Below are positions 26,785 to 36,241 of a stretch of 64,000 nucleotides of DNA, piece by piece. Source of the DNA: an uncultured Alphaproteobacteria bacterium (GTDB lineage: Bacteria; Pseudomonadota; Alphaproteobacteria; Rhizobiales; Afifellaceae); NCBI GenBank assembly GCA_963712925.1, contig CAVQJW010000023.1, forward strand, positions 33,546 to 97,545, read 5' to 3'. Numbering within the stretch: position 1 is the first letter of the stretch; every line of letters begins with the position of its first letter. The translations under genes and the position numbers were made by a program. The notes under the pieces are model-generated. The model was given only the letters and a program-made list of their open reading frames with translations. It was not told where the DNA came from and did not search any database.

Positions 26785-27107
26785 CTATTTGACGGCGCCC
26801 ATCGTCAGTCCCTCGACCAGATAGCGCTGCATGATGAAGGCGAAGACGATGACGGGAAGCGACACCATGAACGCGCCGGCGCTGATCGTGTCCCATTGAT
26901 GCCGGTCAGCTTTCCGAACTGCTCCGATGACTGCCGGTAAGCCTCCCAGGAACCGCCCCCTGCGCCGAGCATGACGTTGAGGGTCGTCCCGGCGTATTTC
27001 TGCGTGAGTTCCGCGGCCCAGCCGACGCCAGCCGGCACGAAGGGCAAGGTCGCGGCGGCGAGTGCGCCCTTCAGCAGCGTACGACGCTTCATCATTGGTC
27101 CATTCAT
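26785..27107 (-). pseudogene. deletion scar: N-terminus of a CUT1 solute-binding protein fused out of frame to the last ~36 codons of a MalG-type permease
   Basis: 27107 to about 26897 reads MNGPMMKRRTLLKGALAAATLPFVPAGVGWAAELTQKYAGTTLNVMLGAGGGSWEAYRQSSEQFGKLTGI. About 26896 down to 26785 reads, in another frame, WDTISAGAFMVSLPVIVFAFIMQRYLVEGLTMGAVK*. Confidence 0.65.
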
Positions 27108-27184
27108 CCTACGGTCCTCCCAGTTTGCCTCCGCGCGGTTCGCGGAAGCGGCCGCGCCCCGGCGGCCCTCTCGCATCGCGCGTT

Positions 27185-28380
27185 TCATTGAACGCTCCCG
27201 GCGCCCGCACTCGTTCGCGGGGTCGTCTCTTCCACCGGCGCCGACTGCTGCGGCGTCCGCGCATTGAGCGGCGCGTCGCCGAGTTCGAGCTCCGAAAGCA
27301 CCTCAGGGCGCCGCCAGTCGCGCCGCGCCGTCTCGCTCAGGACGAGCCCATGGCCGGGCCGCTCCGGCGCGAATATCCAGCCCGCGCGGATTTCCATCGG
27401 CTGCTCGACGAGGTGGCCGAGATTCTGGAACGAGTATTCGAGCCACTCCACGTCGGGCAGCGCGCAAGCCAGATGCACGCCGTATTCGAGAAACGTATTG
27501 CCTACCGTGATCGGGATGCAGCGTTCGGCGGCGAGCCAGCCGATCCGCATCAGGTCAGTGATCTGACCGTGAACGTTCAGGACATCAGCGCCGCCGGCTT
27601 GAAGCAGCTGCTGCTTACCGGCCGCGTCGAGATATTCGCCGGAATTGATGCGCGTCCACGGGCAGCTCTGGCGCAGAAGCCGCAGCCCGTCGAAGTCCCC
27701 GCGCCGAACTGGATCTTCGACCAGTAGATGTCGTAGCCGGCGCGCCGGATCGCCTCGAGCTTGATGATCGCTTCTTTTGCGTCCCAGGCCTCGTTGGCGT
27801 CGATCATGATCAAGCTGCCGGGCCGCACGGTCTTGACCAGCAGCGCCAACCGGTGGAGATCCCGCTGGAAGTCGCGCGACCCGACCTTGATCTTGAAGGC
27901 CTCGTATCCGAGCGCATCGGCGTGGGCGAACAGCGCCGTGAAGTCGGCGTCGTTCAAGTGGAAGTCGAGGCCGCTCGCATAGGCCCGGACCCTGTTGCGA
28001 TCCCCGCCGAGCAGGCGGTAGAGCGGCAACCCGACCTGCTTTGCCGCGAGGTCCCAGAGCGCCACCTGCAGGCCCGTGTGAAACGGAAGGCTGAACGGCC
28101 GGTTGTTGCCGCCGCGCGGCCCGGCGATGCGATGCACCAGCGCGATGGGCGACTGTCCTTCGAGCTGCGGCCAGACTTCCTCGGCGAAGACGCGCCGAAG
28201 TTCGGCTTCGGCAGGAAGCGGATGGAACAAGGTCTGGACAAAGCCCAGTCCCACCGCGCCGCTATCGGCAATCAGTTCCAGTGCAGCTACATTGACGGAG
28301 TCTGCGCGAACCTGGCTGTCGCCGATTGTCCTGTCGCGCCGGAACTGGAAGCGCGTGACGCGAAACTCGGAGAGGTGCAT
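27185..28380 (-). pseudogene. enolase-superfamily enzyme (mandelate racemase / sugar-acid dehydratase-like) with a 1-nt frameshift near 27720
   Basis: ORF 27577-28380 (..FKIKVG..IMIDANEAWD..AGYDIYW) continues in another frame as VEDPVRRGDFDGLRLLRQSCPWTRINSGEY..NVHGQITDLMRIGW. It then joins ORF 27185-27550. Confidence 0.8.
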
Positions 28381-28404
28381 AGGATTGATCGATTAAGTTG
28401 CTTA

Positions 28405-28418
28405 ACTGATATATCAGT
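28405..28418. promoter_or_regulatory. 14-bp perfect palindrome ACTGATATATCAGT in the divergent enolase/GntR intergenic region (candidate operator)
   Basis: Seen at 28405-28418. An extra half-site GATCAGT lies at 28433-28439. The intergenic region is AT-rich. Confidence 0.35.
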
Positions 28419-28458
28419 GACCGCGACTAATAGATCAGTCGGACCGACATTACAAGCG

Positions 28459-29145
28459 ATGCGACGGCAATCAGCGAGTGCCCTGGCGGCGACCGAAGCC
28501 GGTGGGCGGCGAAGCGACGCCGCCTACGAGCGCATCCTCGAGCTGCTTTTCAACCGGCTGCTGCCGGCCGGCGCGTTCGTGTCCCAGAGCGAGCTGGTGC
28601 GTCTGACCGGCATTCCCGTCGCGCCGCTGCGTGACGCCTTGCGGGTGCTCGAAGCCGAGGGCGTGCTGACGATCCAGCCGCGCTCCGGCATTCAGTTCGT
28701 GAAGCCGGGGCTGGAGCTCACGAAATCGACGTACCAGTTCCGCACGATTATCGAGCGGGCCGCCGTGCGTGTCTTCACGGAGACCGCCGATGATGAGAGC
28801 CTCGCGGTGCTGCGCCAGAGCCATGAGGCGCTGAAACGGCAGATCGAGAAAGGCGGGCTGAACGAGGAGATCGTCAGAGGGCTGGACCAGCTCGAGAGGC
28901 AGCTCCACGACAGCGTCGTCGGCGTCCTGCACAACCCGCTGATCGACAACAGCTACCGGCGCATGCACAACTACCTGCGCCTGGTGCGGCTCGATCGCAA
29001 GCTGACCGTGCCGTTGGGGTTGCGCACGATCCGCGAGCACATGGCCATCATCGACGCCTGCGAGGCGCGCGATCCGGATGCCGCCGAGGCGGCAGTGCTG
29101 GCGCATTTCACAGCCGCGCTGCAGCGTCACATGGGGCTGTTCTAG
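28459..29145 (+). CDS. GntR family transcriptional regulator (FadR/FCD subfamily)
   Basis: wHTH ..SQSELVRLTGIPVAPLRDALRVLEAEGVLTIQPRSG, followed by an all-helical FCD domain. ATG at 28459. Confidence 0.85.
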   Translation: MRRQSASALAATEAGGRRSDAAYERILELLFNRLLPAGAFVSQSELVRLTGIPVAPLRDALRVLEAEGVLTIQPRSGIQFVKPGLELTKSTYQFRTIIERAAVRVFTETADDESLAVLRQSHEALKRQIEKGGLNEEIVRGLDQLERQLHDSVVGVLHNPLIDNSYRRMHNYLRLVRLDRKLTVPLGLRTIREHMAIIDACEARDPDAAEAAVLAHFTAALQRHMGLF

Positions 29146-29224
29146 ACGGGGCCGTATGGTGCGCCGGCGGATTGCGGCGCCAATCGGTTATCGCCGGGGC
29201 AAACGCACGACAGATAGGTCAACC

Positions 29225-30073
29225 ATGAAGCTTGCAGGCGAAGTCACGATCGTCACGGGAGCCGGCCGGGGCATCGGCCGGCAAATCGCATCGGAGCATG
29301 CCAGGGAGGGAGCCAAGGTCGCGTTGCTGGCCCGGTCGGCCGGCGAAGTCGAAGCGACTGCGGCGGAGATCGCCGCCGATGGCGGCACGGCCGGCGCCTA
29401 CGCCGTCGACATCCTCGACCTCGACGCGATCGAGAAGACCTTTGCGGCCGTCGAGGAGACGCTCGGTCCGGTCACCGTGCTCGTCAACAACGCCGCCGTG
29501 TTCAAGGCGATCGGCCCGATCTGGGAGGTCGACCCGGATGCATGGTGGGGCGACGTCGAAACGACCGTCAGAGGATCCTTCAATTGCTGCCGGGCGGTTG
29601 TGCGGGGAATGATGTCGCGCAAGCGCGGCCGCATCGTCAACATGGCGGGCGGCGGCACCGCCGGATCGTTTCCGAGCGGCTCCGGATATGCGACCGGCAA
29701 GGCCGGCATCCTCCGCTTCACCGAATGCCTCTCCGATTCGCTTGCCGGCAGCGGCGTCCTCGTTTTCGCGATGGATCCCGGCCTCGTCCGGACGGCGATG
29801 ACGGAGTATCAGCTATCGAGCGCGGCGGGCCAGACCTATCTGCCCGACATCGGCCGACTGTTCGAGACCGGGATCAATGTGCCGCCGACGCTTGCCGCGC
29901 GCCTGAGCGTGGAGATCGCGCGCGGCCGCTTCGACAGGTTGGCCGGGCGCATGCTCATGGCGGCGCGCGGCGACCTTGAGCTGAGTGTCGGCGCGATCGA
30001 GGACATCCTCGCCGCGGACTTTCGCAGCCTGCGGGTCAACGGCATGCCGCCGGAGCGGCCTTACGTGCCGTAG
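29225..30073 (+). CDS. SDR family oxidoreductase
   Basis: TGAGRGIG, NNAA and the catalytic YATGKAG motif. ATG at 29225. Confidence 0.85.
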   Translation: MKLAGEVTIVTGAGRGIGRQIASEHAREGAKVALLARSAGEVEATAAEIAADGGTAGAYAVDILDLDAIEKTFAAVEETLGPVTVLVNNAAVFKAIGPIWEVDPDAWWGDVETTVRGSFNCCRAVVRGMMSRKRGRIVNMAGGGTAGSFPSGSGYATGKAGILRFTECLSDSLAGSGVLVFAMDPGLVRTAMTEYQLSSAAGQTYLPDIGRLFETGINVPPTLAARLSVEIARGRFDRLAGRMLMAARGDLELSVGAIEDILAADFRSLRVNGMPPERPYVP

Positions 30074-30094
30074 CGTTGAGGTCGGTGCAGCGCG

Positions 30095-31108
30095 TCAGCC
30101 GATCTCGATCAGCGCCTTGATAAGCCCGGTCTTCTCTGTCGCCCAGACCGGGATGTCGCGTGCGGCCTCCGCGAGGCGCGTGCGATGGGTGATCAGGCTG
30201 TCGATGGGCACGTCGCCGTCGCGGATCGCCGCGATGACGCGCTGGAAATCAGCGTTCGTGGCGTTGCGGCTCGCGAAGAGCGTCATCTCCTTGCCGTGGA
30301 AATCCGGGTCCTTGAACGTGATCGCTTCCTTGACCACGCTGACCAGCACGTAGCGCCCGCCGTGCGCCACCAGGTCGAACCCCTCCTGCATCGCCGCCGC
30401 GCTGCCGGTTGCGTCGAACACGATGTCGAAGCCGACGTTTCCGGTGAATGCGTTCACGGCCTCCAGCAGCACGCTGCCCGCCGACGGAAGCGCCGATGCC
30501 CCCGTTATGCGCTGCGCCGCGGCGGCACGCTCCGGATCGCGATCGAAAACCATCACTTTGGCCCCACAAAGCCGCGCGAACAGCGCGACGCCAAGCCCAA
30601 TGGGCCCCGCCCCAACGACGAGCACGTTGTCATCGCCCGACACGGCCCCGCGCCTCACCGCGTGCGCGCCGATCGAGAGGAATTCGACCGCCGCGCACTC
30701 GTCGGCGCTGAGCCCCTCGGCGTGGATCAGGTTCTTCGCCGGCAACGACAGAAGCTCCGCCATGCCGCCGTCGCGATGCACGCCGAGCACCGATATCTCG
30801 ACGCAGCAGTTCGGCTTGCCCGCACGGCACGCGACACACTTGCCGCAGGAGAGGTAGGGATTGACCACGCAAATCTGGCCCGGCGAGAAGCCGGAGCCCG
30901 CCGGCGCCTCAATTACCTCCACGGCGAGCTCGTGCCCCATCACCCGGGGATACTCCAGGAAGGGGTGGCTGCCCTCGTAGATGTGATAGTCGGTGCCGCA
31001 GATTCCGACACGGCGCGGGCGAACCAGCGCCTCGATGTCCCCTCGTTTCGGCGCGGACCTGTCTGCAAGCTCCAGTTCCCCCGGCCTCACGCAAACGATG
31101 GCCCGCAT
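30095..31108 (-). CDS. zinc-dependent alcohol/polyol dehydrogenase (MDR family)
   Basis: GICGTDYHIYEG, GHELAV, CGKCVACRAGKPNCC, and the Rossmann motif VVGAGPIGLG. Confidence 0.85.
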   Translation of the reverse strand: MRAIVCVRPGELELADRSAPKRGDIEALVRPRRVGICGTDYHIYEGSHPFLEYPRVMGHELAVEVIEAPAGSGFSPGQICVVNPYLSCGKCVACRAGKPNCCVEISVLGVHRDGGMAELLSLPAKNLIHAEGLSADECAAVEFLSIGAHAVRRGAVSGDDNVLVVGAGPIGLGVALFARLCGAKVMVFDRDPERAAAAQRITGASALPSAGSVLLEAVNAFTGNVGFDIVFDATGSAAAMQEGFDLVAHGGRYVLVSVVKEAITFKDPDFHGKEMTLFASRNATNADFQRVIAAIRDGDVPIDSLITHRTRLAEAARDIPVWATEKTGLIKALIEIG

Positions 31109-31124
31109 GACGTCCTCCGGTTGA

Positions 31125-32148
31125 TCAGAAACGGTGCGCGCGAAGCAGGATCAGTCGCCGGCCTGCCGCCGCTTCTGAACGTTGTCGATGATAGACAACA
31201 AGCGCAATGAGCAGTCCTTCCAGGACCATCTCCCAGAACGGATCGACGCCGAGAAGCACCGCCGCATTGCTCATCGTGTTGAAGAGCACCGCCCCGACAA
31301 CCGCTCCGAGCACCGTGCCCCTGCCGCCGAAGAGGCTCGCGCCGCCGACCACGGCGGCTGCGATCGCCTGCAGCTCGTAGGCGTTTGCCATCGAGGGGGA
31401 AGCAACGCTGAGGCGCGACACGAGCAATATGCCGGCGAGCGCCGCAAGGCCGGAGCTGATCACGTAGGCCGATGACGGTGATGCGGAAGGTGCTGATGCC
31501 CTGGCGGCGCGCGGCCTCGGCGTTGGAGCCCATCGCGTACATGTAGCGTCCGGTGCGGGTATAGCGCAGCAGGTAGTGGATCACGATTCCGACGACCAGC
31601 ATCGTCCAGAAGAGATTGGGCAACCCGGTGGTGCCGCGGGCGAAATTCTTGACCTCGGCAGGCAGTCCGCCGACCGTCATGCCACCGGAGAGGAGCAGGG
31701 CAAGGCCGCGATAGACCTGGAGGCCGGCCAAGGTCACGATGAAGGCGGGAATGCCCAACCGCCCGATCGCCACGGCGTTGGTGAACCCCACGAGAACGCC
31801 GGCAAGCAGGGCCAGCACGGCGGCAGGTGCGAGGCCGAAGCCGTGTCCGCACATCTGGGCGAACGCGACACCGCAGAACGCGGCGACCGAGCCCACGGAC
31901 AGGTCGATGCCGGCGATGACGATCGTGCACATCACCCCGATCGCAACGATTGCTGCAATCGGCGTCTGCCGCATGAGATTGCTGATGTTGTTGTCGGTGA
32001 GGAAGTTGGGGGTCGCCAACGACAGCGCGATCCAGAGCGCCACCGTGAACCCGATCACATAGCTCTCGATCGGAAGATGCTGGAAGAGCTTACGCACGGA
32101 TGGCCCTGTCTCGCGATCAAGGTTACGCGATGCCGATTGCACTGTCAT
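31125..32148 (-). pseudogene. ribose-type (CUT2) ABC permease with a 1-nt frameshift near 31468-31471
   Basis: From ATG 32148 (MTVQSASRN..) through ..ISTFRITVI. It then continues one frame over as AYVISSGLAALAGILLVSRL.. (ORF 31125-31463). Confidence 0.8.
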
Positions 32149-32222
32149 GGGCGGAGCATTCGCAGAAAATGACAAAGGCCTCCGGGGCCGCCGTGGCGGC
32201 CCCGGACGCAGGTTCAAGGCGT

Positions 32223-33206
32223 TCAGTTCCCCAGGAACGGGCTCAGCTTGCGCTTCGTGACGTCGAGCAGCCCTGCGAACTTCGGGTCGTCCATGTTGGC
32301 CATCGTCACGACGCCGACGCCGGTGTCGACATCCTTCGGCAGCCGCACGCCGTGGGCGGCGGCATAGCCGTACCAAACGCCGCCAAAGCCCATCATGTAG
32401 GGATCCTGGATCACCAGCGCGTAGATCGAGCCGTCCTTCAGGTGCTCCAGTTCGCCGGAGTCGGAATCGAAGGCCACGAGGCAGAACTTGTCGCCGATGT
32501 TCTGCTCGGCGACTGAGGCGCCGGCGCCCGTGCCCATCTGCGCGTTATCCGCGAACAGGCCGACGAGGTCGGGATCCTTGGTCAGCATGTCGGCAGTCAG
32601 GTTCATGCCTTCCGCTTCCTCGTTGTTGGCGACCCGGTTGCCGACAACTTCGATGTCCGGATAGGCCTTCATGCCGTCAATGAAGCCCTTGTCGCGCGAG
32701 TCGAGGGACTCATGTCCCGCCATCGCGGTGAGATAGCCGACCTTGCCGGCGGCCTTCCCGGTGCGCTCCTTGATGCAGGCCGCCAAAGCGTTGGCCGCGG
32801 CCTTGCCGCCCGCCTCGTTGTTGGTCGTCAGGAACGAGGCGTAGTTGTCGGTCTTCGCACCGGAGTCGATCATGATCACCGGGATGCCGGCATCGGTCAC
32901 CGCGCTGATCGGATCACCGAGGGCCTCGAAGATGGTCGGCGAGATGACGATAGCGGCGGGCTTCGAGCTCGCGGCGCTTTCAAGCACGGATATCTGGCCG
33001 GCGGCGTCGTCCTTCGGCGTGCCCAGCTCGTCGATCTTCACGCCAAGCTGCTTGCCGGCGTCTTCCGCGCCCTTGAACACCCACTGCCAATACTCCGAGG
33101 TCGTCGCTTTCACGATCACCGCGATCGTGTCCTCCGCCTGGGCCGCGGTCGTGCCGAAAAGCGCGATCGCCGCCAGTGACGCTGCTATCAATCTCTTCCG
33201 ATGCAT
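32223..33206 (-). CDS. sugar ABC transporter substrate-binding protein (CUT2)
   Basis: ATG 33206 (MHRKRLIAASLAAIALFGTTAAQAEDTIAVIVK..). Periplasmic binding protein type I pattern. Confidence 0.85.
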   Translation of the reverse strand: MHRKRLIAASLAAIALFGTTAAQAEDTIAVIVKATTSEYWQWVFKGAEDAGKQLGVKIDELGTPKDDAAGQISVLESAASSKPAAIVISPTIFEALGDPISAVTDAGIPVIMIDSGAKTDNYASFLTTNNEAGGKAAANALAACIKERTGKAAGKVGYLTAMAGHESLDSRDKGFIDGMKAYPDIEVVGNRVANNEEAEGMNLTADMLTKDPDLVGLFADNAQMGTGAGASVAEQNIGDKFCLVAFDSDSGELEHLKDGSIYALVIQDPYMMGFGGVWYGYAAAHGVRLPKDVDTGVGVVTMANMDDPKFAGLLDVTKRKLSPFLGN

Positions 33207-33232
33207 GGCTTTCCTCCCGTGTTGCGCAGCTC

Positions 33233-34051
33233 TCATGCTGCCTTGTCGGACTCGCTGTAACCGGTCATGTATTTGATGAGGGTCTCCTGGTCGGTGTCTT
33301 CTGCCGTGGTCACCAACACCGTGCGGCCGCGGAACATCACCGCGATCCGGTCTGCAACCTTCAGGATCTCGGAGAGGTTGTGGCCGATGTAGATGACGCC
33401 AACGCCGTGCGCGGCGAGCTCTCGGGCGTGGCCGATCACACGCTCGCGCTCCATGACCGCAAGCGCCGCCGTCGGCTCGTCGAGCAGCACGACCTTTGCC
33501 TGCCAGTAGATCGCACGCGCAATCGCCACGGCCTGGCGTTGTCCGCCCGAAAGTCGCCCGACCGTTCGCGCACCGGCCGGGATCTCGCTCCTGATCCGCG
33601 TCAACAGATTGGACGTCTCGCGCCGGATCGCACGGTCGTCCACGAACGGCAGAAGCCCAAGCAGGTGGCGGATGGGCTCCCGACCGAGGAAGATGTTCGC
33701 GCCGATGGAGAGATCGTCGGCGAGCGCCAGGTCTTGATAGACGGTCTCGATGCCTCGTTGGCGTGCCTCGCGCGGCGATGTCAGGTTGAGCGGTTCGCCG
33801 AGAAGCCGCATCGTTCCGGAATCCGGTTTGTAGACGCCCGAAATGTGCTTGATCAGCGTGGATTTTCCGGCGCCGTTGTCGCCCACGAGGGCGAGGACCT
33901 CGCCGGCGCGAAGGTCAAGATCGGCACCGCGCAGCGCTTCGACCGGACCGAAGGACTTGCGCAAGCCGTGGACTTCGAGAACCGGAGTCACGAGGTCACT
34001 TGTCCCATGTAGCGTGGGCCGCACAGCGGATGTGATGGACAATACGGTCAC
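33233..34051 (-). CDS. sugar ABC transporter ATP-binding protein (single ABC domain)
   Basis: Walker A GDNGAGKST, signature LSGGQRQAVAIA, Walker B VVLLDEPT. Confidence 0.85.
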   Translation of the reverse strand: MTVLSITSAVRPTLHGTSDLVTPVLEVHGLRKSFGPVEALRGADLDLRAGEVLALVGDNGAGKSTLIKHISGVYKPDSGTMRLLGEPLNLTSPREARQRGIETVYQDLALADDLSIGANIFLGREPIRHLLGLLPFVDDRAIRRETSNLLTRIRSEIPAGARTVGRLSGGQRQAVAIARAIYWQAKVVLLDEPTAALAVMERERVIGHARELAAHGVGVIYIGHNLSEILKVADRIAVMFRGRTVLVTTAEDTDQETLIKYMTGYSESDKAA

Positions 34052-34196
34052 GTTTCCTCATCGCATGAACTCTGCGGTCCAATTGTCTCTTATTGATAAA
34101 AAATCTAAAATGCGCCGCGTCAATCTGTTTTTTATGGACTAAAAGGCATGTTCTTTATGAACCAGAAGGCCAAGGAACCAATCTAGGAGCGCAGCG

Positions 34197-35165
34197 ATGA
34201 AGACGGACACGGTCTACAAACGTGCCTTCAATCAAGCGCTCGAGCTGGTCTCCCAGCTCTCCCACGGAGAGCGCCTGCCATCCGAAAACGCCCTCAGCGC
34301 GCGGCTCGGTGTCAGCCGCACCACGGTGCGCAAAGTGCTGACGACGCTCGCGGCCCGGGGTGTTGTGAGCGGCGACGCGCGACACCGCGTCATCGTTCGT
34401 TCGGGCTTTCAGGCGATCAAGCGGTTTCCCGAAGCGGAGACGGTTCCCTTGTCGGCTCAGGTCGAGAAGCGGTTCATGGAGTGGATGCTTCGGGACAACG
34501 CCCGGCCCGGCACGGCGATCAACGAGCTTGAGCTGGCGCGACAGTTCGGCGTTGCGACGACCGGGATTCGCGAGTTCCTGAACCGCTTCCAGCGCTTCGG
34601 GCTGATCGAGAAGCGGCCCAATTCCGGCTGGGTGTTCAAAGGATTCACTTCCGGCTTCGCGCTCGAGCTGGTCGAGATCCGCGAAATGTTCGAGCTGAGG
34701 TCAGCGCGGATCTTTGCGACGTTGCCGGAGGGCTCGCTCCTGTGGCAGCAGATCGAGGCGCTGCGTGAAGAGCACCTTTCGCTGCTGAAGGAGATCGAGG
34801 CGCGCTTCCACGACTTCTCCGATCTCGACAGCCGCTTTCATCGGCTGGTCAACTCGGCCGCGCCGAACCGCTTCATTGACGGCTTCCAGGATATCATCAC
34901 CCTGATCTTCCACTACCATTACCAGTGGAACAAGCGTGACGAACGGCAGCGCAACGAGGCCGCGATCCGCGAGCACCTGACCTTCATCGAAGCGCTGCTC
35001 AGCCGCAACGTCACCATGATCGAGCTCGCCTGCCGGGCGCATCTCGGCTCCGCCAGGGAGACCCTGTTGCGATCGACGTCTGAGCAGGAAGCGGAGATGG
35101 GGACGGCAAGCCGAAGGCGCCAGACAATGACGACGGCCCAGGCTCGGCACGCACGACGAAGATAA
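34197..35165 (+). CDS. GntR family regulator with two tandem winged-helix regions plus an FCD-like domain
   Basis: First HTH: LPSENALSARLGVSRTTVRKVLTTLAARGVV. Second HTH-like: INELELARQFGVATTGIREFLNRFQRFGLIEKRPNSG. A helical C-terminal domain follows. Confidence 0.8.
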   Translation: MKTDTVYKRAFNQALELVSQLSHGERLPSENALSARLGVSRTTVRKVLTTLAARGVVSGDARHRVIVRSGFQAIKRFPEAETVPLSAQVEKRFMEWMLRDNARPGTAINELELARQFGVATTGIREFLNRFQRFGLIEKRPNSGWVFKGFTSGFALELVEIREMFELRSARIFATLPEGSLLWQQIEALREEHLSLLKEIEARFHDFSDLDSRFHRLVNSAAPNRFIDGFQDIITLIFHYHYQWNKRDERQRNEAAIREHLTFIEALLSRNVTMIELACRAHLGSARETLLRSTSEQEAEMGTASRRRQTMTTAQARHARRR

Positions 35166-35188
35166 TCACTGCGAATTGTTCCACCGCG

Positions 35189-35926
35189 TCACAATGGGCC
35201 CGCCGGCGATTTCGTTCGCCGCCGCTTCGAGGCGTGATAGATCGCCGGGACCAGCGCCAGGCATGCGAGGCCGAGGAGCGGCAGCGCGATGTCGAGCCGC
35301 TTCATGACGCTGAAATCGACGCCGCCACCGGCAAGGCTGCCGAGACCGTTGCCGAGATTGGCGTAGATGACGGTAGCCGGGAGAATGCCGAGGACGGTGG
35401 CGAGCGTGTAGGTCCTGAGCCTGACGCCGACGATAGCCGCCACCAGGTTGACGACGACGAAGGGCACGACCGGCACGAGCCTCAGGAACAGCGTGTAGCT
35501 GAAGGCATCGGCTCGAAAGCCCGCCTCAAGCTGCGCCACCATCGAGCGTCCGCTTGGCTGAAAGCCAGCGAAGCCGTAACGCGCGAGCAGGAAGACGACC
35601 ACGCCGCCCGCCGTCGCTCCGATAAGCGCGTAAAGCGTGCCGAACCAGGCGCCGAACAGGAAGCCGCCGATCAGCGTGCAGAGCGACGCCGGGATCCACA
35701 TCAAGGTCATCAGCGCGGCGTAGGCGAGGATATAGACGAGCACGGCGGCAAGCCCGAGGCGCACCATCAGCGCGTCGAGATCGCCGCGCTGGCGCGAAAG
35801 CTGCTCCAGCATCTCGCGCGGTCCGCCGGCCCACGCGATCAGCGCCACGCCGGCAAGCGCGAGCGCAATCAGCGGCAGGAGCCGTATGAGCGCGCCGCCG
35901 CGCTTCGTCCCATCCGAAGCTCTCAT
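35189..35926 (-). CDS. TVP38/TMEM64 (DedA-related) family membrane protein
   Basis: 245-aa polytopic membrane protein with IGGFLFGAWFGTLYALIGATAGGVVVFLLARYG. Confidence 0.75.
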   Translation of the reverse strand: MRASDGTKRGGALIRLLPLIALALAGVALIAWAGGPREMLEQLSRQRGDLDALMVRLGLAAVLVYILAYAALMTLMWIPASLCTLIGGFLFGAWFGTLYALIGATAGGVVVFLLARYGFAGFQPSGRSMVAQLEAGFRADAFSYTLFLRLVPVVPFVVVNLVAAIVGVRLRTYTLATVLGILPATVIYANLGNGLGSLAGGGVDFSVMKRLDIALPLLGLACLALVPAIYHASKRRRTKSPAGPL

Positions 35927-36241
35927 CGTGCTCGCATTTCCGGGCTCGCGCCGTCCGGCTCAGCGTCATTCTGGTAGAGGTTTTGCCGGAGTGCCGGAAG
36001 CTTGGAAATTGCGGCGTCCGCCGCTACGCTTCGCCAAGATTTGGAAGTGCCGCCATAGGTCGGGGGAAGCGTCTCGCTCGATTCCGCTGTCAATCCGGTC
36101 TGAGCGCCTCCGGTCTCCCGCTTGATTCAGGTCATGGCCGGCGAAAGCCGATGACACACGAATAGGTGTGCGCCTTCTGCCTACAGAGACTTGTCGGCCC
36201 GCAAGGATTCGCTCCGTGCCCGCAAGAACGCCGAGACGGAC

